In this document: in pieces, positions 41,471 through 56,489 of the stretch
Numbering within the stretch: the stretch's first letter is position 1
How the letters are laid out: each line of letters starts with the position of its first letter
Assembly (NCBI RefSeq): GCF_009914755.1
Contig: NC_060932.1
Source: the human T2T-CHM13v2.0 reference genome, Homo sapiens
Strand: one strand, 5' to 3'
Length of the DNA stretch: 64,000 nt
Notes under the pieces: generated by a model
The model's database searches: none
What the model saw: the letters and a program-made list of their open reading frames with translations, nothing else
Told to the model about the DNA's origin: nothing
Position numbers and translations under genes: made by a program

Positions 41471-44064
41471 ACTTTAAGGCTGGAAAGTGACTCCTCCCAC
41501 AGCCTCAGCTATTGTTGGTAGAGGTTTTTTTTGTTTGTTTTTGACTAGCAAAGTTTTGATTTTATGGATCACCTTGACAAGAAATCTCTGTAGGAGTTCT
41601 ATATAAGAACAGAAGGTTGGTGCATCAGTGAGTTCCCAGAGGGCTCTAGGCAGATGGGAAACTTCCCTCCAAACAGGCTGGAAAAACACTCCCTGACAAC
41701 ACACCATTATTTCTGGGCACCAGGGGGAGATAAATGAAAGAGAATGCAGGCGGATCGCTTTGTCAGGAAGTCCCATGAGAGAGGGGGCCAATTGCAAGGC
41801 TCATGTGGCTCATTCACATGAGGAAACCAACGAGTATAAAAATGTCTCTTTTCAAAGTGTGAGACAGAAGCAAACCAGGGAAAGGCAGCTTTGAAAGACG
41901 CTGAGTTGGAGCCTCAAATTCTTACATGGCCACCACTGCCTGTGGACCTCCACATGGCATACAGGGCCTTGAGTGTCTGCTCTTGGCTCTCTCTCCTGCC
42001 TTTTTTTTTTCCTCCCTCACCCTTCTGCACCCCATGGTCTGGGCAATGCTGAACTATGTGCAGTCTGTCGCCAGTGCTATGCACTTTCTGCCTTATGGGC
42101 ACTTAACATGGTGTGTCCTGTTATTCCTGCAAGGCTCAGCTTTCCTTTGGATTCTTCCATGACACCTGGCATAGGGCTGAGTATACAGAAGGTGCTCAAT
42201 AAGTATTCATTGACTTATGCTTTTTCTGGGAAGAGAAGACTCTGCTCCTCCCCTCAGCAGCCTTCACAGGGAAGAAGACTTCCACCTACATGCCCAGACT
42301 ATCTCCCTGCCTGCTCACTATATCTCTCCAAGGAAGGAGGAAGGGCTAATCCAGAAACTATCGGGGGTGCTCAGTGGACCTCATTTTCCTTGGAGGGCAG
42401 GGCCATTGTTAAAGGTCAGTATATATGCACAGTTCAGACACTTATATTCTCCTCCTCTTCGATCCACTGAGATGACAGGGAAGCCAGAGCCTTGATCTAC
42501 CCTATGGGAGGAGGGCTGGCCATCTCTTCTCTTTGGCCAGGGCATCTCTGCCTTTAAGGAAGAAAGCCCAGGTTGGCTTAACCCTGGCTCTGGCCACAGA
42601 TGGCACCGTCTCAGGTCTGCCTCATTCACCTTTGACACTGGTGGAGTGCGTTGGTTTAATCTTTTGCAGCATCATAGTGGTAGGATCTCACACCAGAGTT
42701 TAACTGTGGGATATGAGGGCCAGCAGAGAAGAGATTCAGGATGGAGGCCATGTGGTCTCTTGACTTAAGCCACATTCTGTATTCCAGCTTTTATCACAGT
42801 TTTGCATAGGCTAAATGGGCAATTGTTTGGAAATTTGTAAAATTGATGTTTTTTTTTTTTTTTTTTCTCATTTAGCGATTGAACTTATGTGTAATCTTTG
42901 GCATGGCGGGGAGTTCATCAGGGTATCTATAGGGCTGTGTGGGAGGATTTGCACACAGAACTCACCTGAGTCCCTGACCCAGTTTTAAATGGCTTTCTTC
43001 TGGGTTTGCTGTAAAAGGGAAAGGGAGGTGAAAGACAGGCCATGTGGTCCAGTGGCAAGAGCAAAGTCTTATATGTTTGAACCTGTAGTTCTGAAGCATA
43101 ACTAGTAGTGTGGTCATGGGCAAGGTAATTGATTCCTCTGAGAATTACTTTTTAATCTGTAAAACAGGGATTTTTTAAGCCTACCTTTTAAAGGAGGCTC
43201 TGAGATTAAACAAAGTCATAAAGTAGTATAATAAAAATTTAAAGAAATGTTAGTTCTCTTTCTCTATTCATCATGAAATTCAGGAAACCAAAAGCACTTT
43301 AAAGTTCTATGGCAAGGGTATTAATTACAAGATTAGCTTTTTAAGCAAAAGTACTGACACTGTGTATTACATTTCTCTGGAAATCTCTGCAGCAGTTCCT
43401 CAGCATTCATTTATTTCTTTACATGTAAACATTATAACATCAGATTGTACATTTTATCTAATTATAGAGCCACTCAGGCATCCAGGGGTTCTGAATTTGC
43501 TTTTGCATTGTTGGTGCACATAAGAGGCAAGGAAACCTTTCATTTCTGAAATCGAGTCTCAAAAAGAATGACTAGTTTTGCAAAGCTCTATCCAAATCAT
43601 TTCTAGACATTAAGTCCTAATTATTCTCTGCAGTCTGTCTTTAAAATGGTTTGTATTGATATTGTGATTTGACATTTGCTGGGAAGGCAGGAATCAGTGG
43701 GGATGAGTGAACAGCCTATAGCAGCTTGTGGTGCAATAGGAAACAAAAACTCAGATTATACTGAAAGATGGCACCTGGACAACACTTTAGAATCTACAGA
43801 CTCTATGGGTACAATAGTGTCTTTGATCCTTGCAGCAACCCTGAAGAAAGATATTCTAAGCCCTTTCAACAGATGAAAATACTGTGACTCCAAAAGGGAA
43901 TTTGCCAGAAATAGGCTTGGTTAATTTAATTTTTACTGCAGTCTTGGCAAGTGGGCATTATCATTCCCATTTTACAGATGAGGAAACAGAGGTTTCAGAG
44001 AGGTTAAATACATACATATAGGTAGTATAATGCACAGAAAATAATAAGACCCAGTGCCTGCCTC

Positions 44065-44235
44065 TTTCCCTCCGTCCCTCCCTCCCTCCCTCCCTCCCTC
44101 CCTCCCTCCCTTCCTTCCCTCCCTCCCTCTCTAGGTCACTACCTCTCTTTCTTTTCCCTTTCCCTCCCTCCCTCCCCCTTTTCTTTTCCCCCTTTCTGCC
44201 TCCCCCTCTCTCTTTCTGTGTCTTTGTCTCTTTCT
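44065..44235. repeat. CT-rich low-complexity tract containing (TCCC)9
   Basis: Perfect (TCCC)9 at 44075-44110. Confidence 0.9.
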
Positions 44236-44929
44236 CATCATCACATGCAGACCAGATACATTGTTCTATAGTCCCAAGAAGTATTTTCTAGTCTTTCCTT
44301 CGTTTACCCTTCTTGGAGAGGAACATCTGTGGGCATGTGGAAATTAAAGGAAAGAGCTGGGTAAGCACTGTCTCTCTCTCTCTCTCTCTTTTTTTTTTTT
44401 TCCAGAGTCCATTAATTTTTGCTTTGGGGGCTAAGAATTAGCTGTGGTCATATGAGTAGAAACTCCCTCATCTGCCAAAAAAAATCCATGACAGAAGAAA
44501 TGCGAGTGAAAAGCACCCACCATCTGTTTAGTTTCAAAGCATCAAACAGAAACAAAATGAGTTGGAGAGGGAACCAGCACATATTAAAGAAAGCTTTTGC
44601 TGTGTCTGGGGTAAATGGGCTACCCAATTCCCACAGCATATGGATTGTCTGGTCAGAGTTCAGTTTCCTTCCTTGTCAGGATTTTTCTCCTCGCTAGGTA
44701 AGGTTGGGGTGTGGGCTGTATTTCAGTTATGGGCTTCACCTTGAATTCTAGAGTTGGAGACTCCTTATGACTAGCTGCTGGGTGAGGGTCCAGGTCTCTT
44801 CCCCCTGAACCCCAGGAACCAGGGCATCAAGGCTTGCTCCCCTCCCCCACCCCGTCACACCACCTAGAAAGAAATCCAGCCCAGGCCCGCTGGGAAGTGT
44901 GAGGCTCGCTTCTCGTGGAGGACAGTGGC

Positions 44930-45640
44930 CCCTTCTCCTGTCCAGTGCCAAGTCCAGATCCGCGGGCTCATCCTGGTCTTCTCCATCTCTCTCATCCCCC
45001 ACATCCAGCCAGTCACTGTGAACCGTCAACTCTCTGCCCTAAATATCTTAAAAATTCTTCCTCTCCTGTCCACCCTTCTGCCACTCTCTTCTCCTTATTA
45101 TTTTGTGCCAGATTTTTTATTTGCAGTTGCCTCCTAATTGGTCATCCCAAATCCAGATTTCACTCCCACCTCTCCATCATCCCCGTTCAGTATGATCCTT
45201 CTAAACATGAATCTGATCACATCATCTCTTTCATTAAAATGCTTTAATGAAGACTCCTCTGCCAACCAGTCACAACGCCTCAATGAACTTCACAACTCCT
45301 ATCCTTCAGAATGCTCTATTTCCAGCCCTTCCTCCCCTTAATCCTTCTCAGTCTTTTTCCATGACCTGGTGAGCTCCTTTAGGAGCCAGGTGAGCTGTCA
45401 CTGTCATCTCCTCTGGGAAGCCTGCCCCAGAGGCAAAAGGACTACTTTTGCCTCACCCCAACTCCCACACATCGAATCCCAGCTTACACCTTTCCTATCA
45501 CAATAGTCATCACCCCATATGATAGCTGTTCAGCTAATTGTCTTTTAGCCCTACTAGATGGTCAGCTTTATGATGGCAGAGACCCTGACTGTATATCCCC
45601 ATCACTATCCAGCACAAACTGTCACACTGATGTTTGTTGA
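44930..45640 (+). mobile_element. L2 LINE fragment
   Basis: Reads aaacatgaatctgatcacatca...tcctctgggaagcct...ctactagatggtcagctttatgatggcagagacc...tgtttgttga. Confidence 0.65.
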
Positions 45641-46359
45641 GTGTTTGCCAGGAATGTTAACACCTTGAGCTCTAGGAGTCCAGAGGAAGCAACAGACACG
45701 GCCGGGCCCTTCTTGGCTACCACCTTCCCATTGACAAGAGTGACTAGAGGAGCCCAGCAGGTTTGGCTGAATCCTGCCAGGCCCCACCAACACTCACAGC
45801 TCGCCACCCCGAGGTGCCTTCGGTCAGGACCCTAGTCCTCATTGTCTCTTAGGTAGTCAAGAAACTCATTCTTTCCTGGTATTCTCTGGTACCCTTCTTC
45901 TGATTTATTAATTGGATAACACATAAATATCGACATACATAGCATATACATATCTACATATGTGTCTACCTTCGTAGGATATAAGTAGCTACATATATAG
46001 TATATACACCTGGACAGATACATATATATTCCTTATGTCTTAGTCTCATTCCACCAGATTATACAGTCCAGGAGGGCAGGGATTTTGTTCTTGTCATCTT
46101 TTTTTTTTGTCTTGAGATTTATTCCTAGTGTTTGGAATAAGTCTGGAACATAATAACCACCAATGGCTGTTGGTGGGAGGACTCCTAGCCCACATTTGGC
46201 AAAAGTCATTAGTAACTTTTTAAAAATGGTAAAACGAAGCATAAATAAAGAAAACCACACAAAAGTATAGCTTAATTAGTTCTTATAAAGTGTCTGCCTT
46301 TGTAATGACCATCAATTCCTGAAATAGAACTTTGCAGGGCACACCAAAAGCCCATCCAT

Positions 46360-46537
46360 TTGTGGGGTGGGGGAGGGGGGAGGGATAGCATTAGGAGATA
46401 TACCTAATGCTAAATGACGAGTTAATGGGTGCAGCACACCAGCATGGCACATGTATACACATGTTACTAACCTGCACATTGTGCACATGTACCCTAAAAC
46501 TTAAAGTATAATAATAAAATAAAAATAAAAATAAAAA
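46360..46537 (+). mobile_element. 5'-truncated young L1PA (PA3-like) 3' end
   Basis: Contains ggagatatacctaatgctaaatgacgag and cacaccagcatggcac. Perfect 15-bp TSD caaaagcccatccat at 46345-46359 and 46538-46552. Confidence 0.93.
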
Positions 46538-48166
46538 CAAAAGCCCATCCATGAGCCCTGTCCCAATGATAATCCTCTCTGTCAACCCCCATTAATCACT
46601 TTCCATTTCCATTTCTTTATAGTTTTATCCTTTCTTTATAGACACTACAGTTTAGTCTCATCCATTTTTATTAAATCTGATTTGTCTTTTAAATCTTAAA
46701 ATCTGTAACTTGTCTCTTTATCCTTTTATCTTCCTTACAACGTATTTATCGAAAAACACATGCCTCTGACCCGTAGCATTTCTCACTGTCTGGATTTTAC
46801 TGGTGTGTACTTAGTCAACATTCTCTGTCCTCTATAATTCCTGAAAATTGGAAGCTGGAATCAAAGGCCTGACCAAATTTAGGTTTGATCCCATTGGCAA
46901 GACCATAGGTGGTGTGCGCCCCCACCAGGAGGTATGGCTGTCTCTCTTGTTTGTGTTGATAGCATCCTCTGATGCTCAATTTGTAGATTCATTAAATCAT
47001 TATGGGTTGGAATATGATGATATTTTAATTCTTTTATTTCTTTAAAATGTTATAGCTAGGATACTTTTATGATATTTCCCTCACTTACTATTTAGTGATC
47101 TTATGGTGAAAAGCCACTGGTTTCTCTCACTTTTTTACAAGTTTTCCAGATAATCAACCATTTCCCTATCATCCACTAAACACTACAAACTTAAAAAAAT
47201 CATTACAAACTCATAAAGCTAAATATATTTGCTGGGTTTTGATAAGTATTTTAATAATTATCCCCATTGCAGCTCAAATTATTCCATCTTTGGACAGTGG
47301 GAACTTCTATAATGTGGCTCCTGCATTCTTTTGATATGATCCTAATAGTGTTTGATGGCATCCTTGCTTTCTTGTAGGACAAGATGTTCTAGGCTCATCT
47401 AGCACATTTCCTGTTCCAGCCCTAAAATTAGCCATATCTCCAAAATTGTTTTTTAAAAAACAGATATGTTACTTCAAGACCATAATCTAGCCCTGAGGTA
47501 TGCTCATGGATGCTGAGTTGGTCATTCTTTCTAAATCTCCCCATAGGTGTTTCTCCAGTCCAGGATATCATCTTCCATTTAGTTGTTATGTCTCCTTAGG
47601 TGCCTCCTTGCTGTGACATTTTCTCAGACTTCCCTTGTTTTACATGACTTTGACAGGTTTGAGGAATACTGGTGAGGTGTTTTGTAGACTGTCCCTCAAT
47701 TGAGATTTGTCTGAAATTTTCTTCATGATTACATTACGGGTTTGGGGAGGAAGACCACAGAGGTTATATGCCATACTTACTAGATCCCATTAACATAACT
47801 TATCACTGTTGGTATTAATCTTTATCCCCTGGCTGAGGTAGTGCTTGTGAGGTTTCTCCATATTTGCCCCCTGTACATAGTTTACTCTTTGGAAGAAAGT
47901 CACTTTTGCTGTTGCCCATACTTAAGGAGTGGGGAATTAAATTCCTCCTCACTGAGGATGAATTATCTTCATAAAATATGTAGACTTTCTCTGCATGGGA
48001 GACATATCATTAATTTATATTAGTATGAACTTGTGGATATTTATTTTATATTGTGGATTATAAATAAATATTACATTGTTTATTTTGTTGCTCAATTTAT
48101 TCCAGCTTTGGCCCTCGGGGGCTCTTTTGTTGGTTCCTGTGTCCCTTTGAAATACTCCCATTATCA

Positions 48167-48171
<5 letters not shown>

Positions 48172-48204
<33 letters not shown>

Positions 48205-48222
48205 CATGTGTATGTATGTATG
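48172..48222. repeat. (TG)n/(TGTA)n microsatellite
   Basis: About 14 TG units followed by TGTA repeats. Confidence 0.9.
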
Positions 48223-49892
48223 TTTTAGCACATTCTTATTTTCTGGCCCTACAAGATCGCCAAGGCTAATCTTGTATATTTCCTGTCTCACTGTTAGACT
48301 CAGACAGTTCTCCAAGGAGCCCTGGTTCCTTTTATTGGATATCGGCATTAGAAACCAAGATGTGAGTGGTAGATGTGCTCATTACCACTGAGGTGTCATT
48401 GCTTCCAGGCCCTCTCCACTGACAGAGGAAGGAAATGTATGTATACATTCTAACCTGTGCATATAAACATATCTATAAATATTCCTACATGTAACCATCT
48501 CTATCTATATTAAGCTATACATGAGTTCATATGGATGTCTCCAACTCTAATCCATTACCACCAGGATATTTCTAACTTTCTCCCTTCATTTGCATGTAAA
48601 CTTCCATTCCAACAATGAGAAAACTGACTCCCACCATCTGCCATCCACTTACACAATTGTTTAGTTCCAGTATACCTATATAGGTGTTGCAAATTCTTAA
48701 CCCATGCCTCAATGGGAAATTCCTATATCAACTACAGCACAGTGCTTAAGTGCAGTTTCTCTTGCCTTTAATCCTACAGACTTCTCTCATTTTCAAAGCT
48801 ACTTAGTACACCATTTTACTCCCCACATCCCCTTCAGGGAGGTTGCTTCATACACTTTTAATACAGTTAGATTCTTTTGTCACAGTCTGATTCCATCATG
48901 GGATCCCCTAAACTCCTAAATAAAATGTTTTAAAGCCTGTATATATTAAAGTTCATTCTCTGTGCTGTAAAGTTTTATAAGTTTTGATAAATGCATGGTG
49001 TCAGGTATATACCATTACAGTATACTGAATGCACTACCCTAAAAAATATGCTGGACTTCATCTCTTTTATTCTCCTTTCCCTCATTCCCCAAGCTCCTCT
49101 CACCTAACGATCTATTTACCATTTCTATAGTTTTGTCTTTTCCAGAACATTATATAAATGGAATAATATATATAAAGCCTTTCAGACGGTTTCTTTCACT
49201 TAGGAATATGCATTTAAGGTTCATTGATGTCTTTGTGTGGCTGATATCTTATTCCTTCTTAAAATGGAATCTTACTTCATTGTCTGGATATGCCACAGAG
49301 TTTTTGTTGTTGTTGTTGTTTTCTCCAGCAAATGGTATTGACAGTTATTTATTTATTTATATATTAGTCATTGTACTAGGTATGTAGTGGTAGGTCATTG
49401 TTTTAATTTAAATTTCCCTTATGGCCAATGATGTTGAGCATTTTTCACATGCCTATTTGGTATCTGTATATCTTGTTTGGTGAGTTGTTTGTTTAAATCT
49501 TTTGTCCATTTAAAAAATTGGGTTGTTTTCTAGTTGTTGAGTTTTGGGAGTTCTTTGAATATTTTGGGTGGAAATCTTTTCCCAGACACATGTTTTACAA
49601 ATATTTTCTTCTGGTCTGTGGTTTGTGTTTTCATTCTCAAACAGTGTCTTCCACAGATCAGACATTTTAAATTTCAGTAAAGTCTGACTTACAATTTTTT
49701 TCTTTCATGGATCATAATTTTGGTGGTGTGTCTTAAAACTCATCACCAAATTCAAAACCAAAATTTTATTTGTGTTTTCTTCCAGAAATTTTATAGTTTT
49801 GCATTTGGGTATATAAACCATTTTGTGTTAATTTTTGTGAAGGTTTAAGGTCTGTGTATAGGTTCAAGTTTTTGCATATGGATACCCAATTT

Positions 49893-50198
49893 CTTAATTT
49901 ATTTTTTTATTTTACTTTAAGTTCTGGGACACATTTGCAGAACGTGCAGGTTTGTTACATAGGTATACATCTGCCATGGTGGTTTGGAGCACCTATCAAT
50001 CCATCGTCTAGGTTTTAAGCCCTGCATGCATTAGGTATTTGTCCTAAAGCTCTCCCTTCCCTTGCCCCCCACCCCCAACAGGCCCCGGTGTGTGATGTGT
50101 CCCTCCCTGTGCCCATGTGTTCTCATTGTTCAACTCCCACTTATGAGTGACAACATGCGGTGTTTGGTTTTCTGTTCCCGTATTAGTTTGCTGAGAAT
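49893..50198 (-). mobile_element. L1PA7/PA8-like 3' end nested in an older L1
   Basis: Reads ttttactttaagttctgggacacat...taggttttaagccctgcatgcattagg...ttagtttgctgagaat. Degenerate TSD tggatacccaattt / tgggcatccaattt. Confidence 0.85.
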
Positions 50199-51680
50199 TG
50201 GGCATCCAATTTTATCAGTACCATTAGTTAAAAAGAATATCCTTTCTCCATGGAATTTTCTTAACATCTTTGCTACAAATCAATTGATTATATTTGTGTG
50301 GGTGTATTTTGGGGCTTTTCTTTCTGTTCTATTGAGCGATGTGTTTATTCTTTCTTTAGCATCATACTGTAGCTTTATAGTAAGTTTTGAAATCAGGTAG
50401 TATTAATCCTCTAGCTTTGTTGTTATTCTTTTATGGTATTGTGTTGGCTATGCTATATTCTTTGTCTTTTCATACAACCTTTAGCATTGGTTTGTTGATA
50501 TTATAAAACAGCTTGCTGAAGTTTTGATTGACAATGCATTGACCTATAGATCAAGTTGGGAAAAATTAACATTTTAACAATAGCAAGTCTTCCAATCCAT
50601 GAACACAGAATATCTCTTCATTTATTTACATCTTTGATTTATTTCATCAGTGTTTTGAAGATTTCTTGTACAAATTTTGTTAAATTTATATTTAAGTATT
50701 TCATTTTTGGTGCTATTGTAAATAATATTGTTTCTTTAATTTCAAATTTCAACGTTAGATGGCTGATATAAAGGAAAACAATTGACTTTTGTATATTGAC
50801 ATTGTATTCTGTGACTTATTTGTTTATTAGTCTTAGAAATGTTTTGGTGGGTCCTTTGGGATTTTCTGTATAGAAAGTTATGTCATTGGTAGATAAACAT
50901 AGTTTTATTTCTTCCTTTCTGATATGTATGCCTTTTATTTCTTTTTGTTGTTTTGTTTCAATAGCTAGGACTTCCAACATGATATTAAATACAGGTGGTG
51001 AGAGTGTATTTTTGTTTTGTTTCTGATATTGGGGGGAAGCTGCAGTCTTTTTCCACTAAAGATGATGTTATCTATAGCTTTTTTTTTTGGGAGATATTCT
51101 TTATCAAGTTGTAGAAGTTCCCTTCTGCTGCTAGTTTTCTGAGAGTTTTTAACATAAATGGACGTTGAAGTTTATCCAATGCATTTATTTGGCAATTGAT
51201 AAGATCATATGATTTTCCTTCTTTAACTTACTAATATAGTTAACCACTATTGTTTGATTTTAGAATGTTGAATAAACTTTATATACCTGGGAGAAGTTCT
51301 GTTGGAGCATGGCGTATGCTTCTTTTTATACATTGTTAGATTTCATTTGCTAATATTTTGTTGAGAGGTTTTATGTTTATGTTTATGAGATATTGGTCGG
51401 TAGTAACTAGATTTTAATTTTGTTAATTTTCTTTATTGTTTTCCTGTTTTCAGTTTTATTGATTTTTGCCCTAATTGGTAGAATTTATTTTCTCCTTTTT
51501 GTTACAAGATTAAATTGCTTTTTGTTCTGTAGTTTCCCAAGGTAGAAGCTTAGATTGTTATTAATTTTAGATCTCTTTTCTTTTATAATATATGCATTTA
51601 ATGTAAATTTTCTTCTAAGCACTGCTTTCATGGCATCCCACAAATTTGGTAAGTTGTGTTTTCATTTTCATTTAGTTCAA

Positions 51681-51984
<304 letters not shown>

Positions 51985-54900
51985 CAAAATATTTTTAAAT
52001 GTCTCTTGAAATCTTTCACTCACGTGTGATTGAAGAGTGTGTTATTTAATCTCCAAGTGTTTTGGGATTTTCTAGCTATCTTTCTATTATTGAATTTTAG
52101 TTTAACTCTACTATGATCTGAGAACATACTTTGTGTTATTTTTCTTCTTTTAAATTTATGAAGGTGTATTATGGCCCAGAATGGGGTCTACCTTGGTTAC
52201 TGTTCATGTGAGCTTGAGAAGAATCTGTATTCTTCCATTGGGTGGAATAGTCTATTAATATTGATTAGGTAAATTCAGGTTATCTATATCTCTAATGATT
52301 TCCTGCCTACATGATGTATTAATTACTGACAGAGGGATGTTGAAGTCTCCAACTATAATAGTGGGTTTATTTATTTTTCTTTTCAATTCTATCTGTTTTT
52401 GCCTTATGTAGTTTGACATTCTCTTGTTAGGCACATAAATGTTCATATTGCTCGTTCTTCTTAGAGAATTGATTTTTTAATCACTATGTAATTTCCATTT
52501 TTATCTCTGATAATTTTCCTTGTTCTGAGTCTATTTGGTGTGAAATTGATATAGCTACTTAAGTTTTTTTTTCATTAATGTTAGCATGGTATATTTCTTC
52601 ATTTCTTTAACTTATTTGAGTCTATACCTATAGTGGGCTTCTTGTATACAACATCTATTGGGGCCTTTTTTTTTTTATCTACTCTGACAAGCTGTGCTTT
52701 GTAATTGGTATCTTGAGACCATTAACATCAAAGAGTAATATTTTTGTGCTTGGTTTAACATCCATCATCTTTGTAACTATCTTTTTCATCCATTGCATTT
52801 ATTCTTTGTTTGTTCACCTTGTTTAACATTCTCTCTGATTTTGATTGAGCATTTTATATGATTTAATTTTATTTTTTCCTAGCATATCAATTATATTTCT
52901 CTCTTTAAAAACGTTTTTTTAGTGTTTGCTCAAGAGCTTAAAATATGCATTTTAAATTAATGTAACTCAGCCTTCATACCACTTCATGTATAATGCAGTT
53001 ACCTTAAAATAAAGCATTACCAATTCCTTCCTTATGTCCCTTGTGACATTGCTATTGTTCATCTCACTTTTATCCATATTTATAACCACCAAATACATTG
53101 TTAATATTGTTGCTTTAAACAAAAAATAATGTTTTAGATCAATTAAGATTAAGATAAAAACATTTTACTTAACTTCATTTATTTTTTCTCTGATGCTCTT
53201 TCTTTATGGAGATCCAAGTTTCTAATCTACATTATTTTCCTGCTGTTTGAAGAAATTTTTCACATTTCTTGCAGGGAATGTTGGCTAAAAATGTAGTTTT
53301 TGTTTTTCTGAGAAAGTATTTTTTCTCTGCTTATAAAGGATATAGAATTCTAGGTTGATGGTTTTTCTTTTAATACTTTAAATGCTTGACTCCACGCTCT
53401 TCTTGCTTACATGGTTTCTGACAAAAAGTCTGATGTAATTCTTATCCTTGTTCCTCTACAGGTAAGGCAGTGTCCTTCCTTCTGGTAAGATGATGTCCTT
53501 CACTGTGGTATCCTCTAAGATTTTCCCTTTGTCTTGCATTTTCTGCAGTCTGAATACAATATCTTTTTTTGATGTTTATCCTGGTTGGTTATTTTTATTT
53601 AACCAAAGTATTTAACCTTTAAAATTCTGTGTTTCTGTGATTCTGTGGTTTGTTGTCTATTATTAATTTTGGAACATTCTTAGCCATTATTACTTTAAAT
53701 ATTTATTTTGCTTAGCTCTCCTTTCTTCTCCTTTTGGTAATCTAATTATGTGTATATTTCTTCTTTTGAAATCATCCCAGAGTTCTTGGATGCTTTGACC
53801 CGTGTCCCCTGCCCAACCCCCATTCACTTTTGTCTTTGCATTTCAGTTAGGGAAGTTTCTATTGACCTGTCTTCAAGCCTACTGATTATTTCCTTGGCCT
53901 TTCTGAGCCTACTATTGAGCCCATTGAAGGCATTCATTATTTCTGTTAGGTGTTTTTAAATTTTTATCCTTTCCTTTTATTTCCTTTGATTTTCTTAGAG
54001 TTTCCATCTCTCTGTTTATATTGCCCATTTTTTCTTGCACATTGCCTACTTCTATTAGAACCTTTAATATATTAATAAGTTATTAAAAATTCCCTGTATG
54101 ATAATTTTAACACTGTTATATCTGAGTTTGATTCTGATGATTGCTTTGCCTCTTCTTTTTTTTGGTGTGCCTTGTAATTTTCTGTTGAAAACTGTTCATA
54201 TTGTATCAGGTAATAGAAAATGAAGTAAATAGATATTTTCTGTGAGGATTTATATCACTCTGGCTGGGAGTTAAGCTATGGTTAAGGTTTGCTATAGTTG
54301 TATGTTCCAGTAGCTTCAAATTCCTCTAGTGTATTAGTTTCCCCTCTTGATATGGGCTTCCCTAAGTACTCTTCCTCAGAAAGAATCTGTGTCTTGCAGT
54401 TCTTTCAGCTGTTAGTATCCGTGGTTAGTATACAGGGTCCTTGTTGGTGTGACATTAAGGTGTGGGGAAGAAGGCTCTGTCAATCTTTTAAATTTTCTTT
54501 TTGACTTAAAAAATGATGTTCTTTCTTTCACTTTCTATATTTCTTAAGTAATTTTTGCTGCGTTTATGTGCTGTTTGTTCTCTTTTGCTGTCTTCATTTC
54601 TGAAATATATATATTTTAAAATTTTTATTTATTTCTTGAGCTGTCTTTCCAAATTTCTAAGTTTTTCTAATTTTGGTTAGGTTGTTATTTCATGTCTTGA
54701 ACAACATTAAGTGCTTCAGCTTCTTTTAAAAGAATAGGTTAAAGTTTTGATATATTTTGTGAGCATGTCTTTCTGGAGCACTTTCAATGACTATAAGAAG
54801 ATTATTCTACTTGTTATTCTCTTATTTTTTATAATAGTATAGTATTGCCATCAATATATTTTGTTGCTCATTTTTGTGTAAAACACTTCCCTGAACTTTT

Positions 54901-56489
54901 AGAAAGAGCATGGTTCAGAGTTCTAGAAAGAGCATGGGTTGTTTATTTATTTTTTTAACTCTATAGAGCTTTCTCTTTGGTTGCTTTCATGCAGTGTTTC
55001 AAAACATCATAGCTAGAATTCCTTCCCACTTTAACCTGTATAGCCCTTATTGTAAGTGATTTTGATTTCACTCACACAGTTCCTTTCAGGCCTTTATCAT
55101 GAGAGGGAGATTAGATGATCAGTTTCACGAGTTCATAGTGTCTTGATGGTTCCAGCTCTTCATGCCTTTCAAAAGGTTATTGGATTGGGCAAACTCCTTC
55201 CCACTTTCATTTGCTTTCTTAATTTGGCTCACAGCACTTCTCAGTGCATATCTGTTGGCTGTATTGAGATCCTTTTGTTCCCCGGTGTGACATGCCCAGT
55301 ACTTCTTTCTGCTTTCTCCCATACAGGTACTGATATCACACAGATTTTGGGGCTATTGGGGGATTGTTGCTACCCACTTCTATATTGGAATGTATGGGTC
55401 TATCACCCTTGTTTATTATAAATATAGTCCATGAGGTTTTTGGTTTTGCTATCTAGTTGGTCAGATTCGTAAGAATTCTGAGAGATTAAGAAATATACCA
55501 TCTGTCCCATCATCTTCCCGGAATCCCCTCTCTCTTTCTAATGTCCTCTGCTAATTAGGGGGAAGGTCAAGCATGGCCTGCCCTTGCATATTAGTTAACT
55601 TGAACATCTTTCTTCCACAGCATCATGCTACAATCTTCCTAAAAATCTCCTGGGGCCCCTTCTCACCCTCAGAATCAATTCCAAAGTCTTTAACATAGTT
55701 ATGAACATTGAACTTCTGCTGGTTCTCTTCTTTTTCAGCCATAGTGTCTACTATATTCTTGCACAAGCCCTTTGCTATTGGCTCTTACATTTAATCACTA
55801 TTCTATAAACACAAGGCCTTTCTCACTTGTATGGCCTTGCCAGAGCAGTTTTCCAAATGGAATACTCTCCTACTTTTTCCTCTCTCATCTTAGTGAAATC
55901 AAAACCTTTTCTGCAAATTTTTCCTTGAGTCATGTGGTCAGAATGAATCACTAATTTTGATGCAAAGCAGTCTAGTAACTAAAAGCACAGACTTGGTCTC
56001 TGGGTTCAAATTTCAGCTCAGATATTACACAGACATGTGACCTGGGATAAATCCTCATCTACGAATGGGAATTGGAATGCTGCCTCACTCATCAGTTATT
56101 TTTGAGGCTTTTTGAGACAATCCATGGAAAAGATGTAGTACTTTCCTGGCATGTATAAGTGCTCAGTAACTGGGAGCCATTGTTAATGTCTTTGTCACCT
56201 ACTAAATTATGTCTTAGAGGTTACAGAACCTCTTCTTCCAAAACTGTGTCATCCTCAGGGGCTATAATGTTCCTTAGCCTATATTAAGTATTTAAAAAAT
56301 ATTTGTTGATATTATTTTTAATCATGTGAAAGGGGAAAACTCATAGTAAGTATAGGGAGAAGGCAATTTAGCTGAGAAAAGAGGCAGGAGCTAGCTTATA
56401 GTTTAGAGGAGAGGAAAAAGCATAGCTATTGGACTAATCCAGAACTAGGTTCAAATCCTGGCTAGAGCATCTATAACCTGGACAATATG

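Noticed and set aside
52255-52446. ORF with a GDFN endonuclease motif
   Set aside because: It is a short decayed remnant of L1 ORF2, not an intact gene or an active element.
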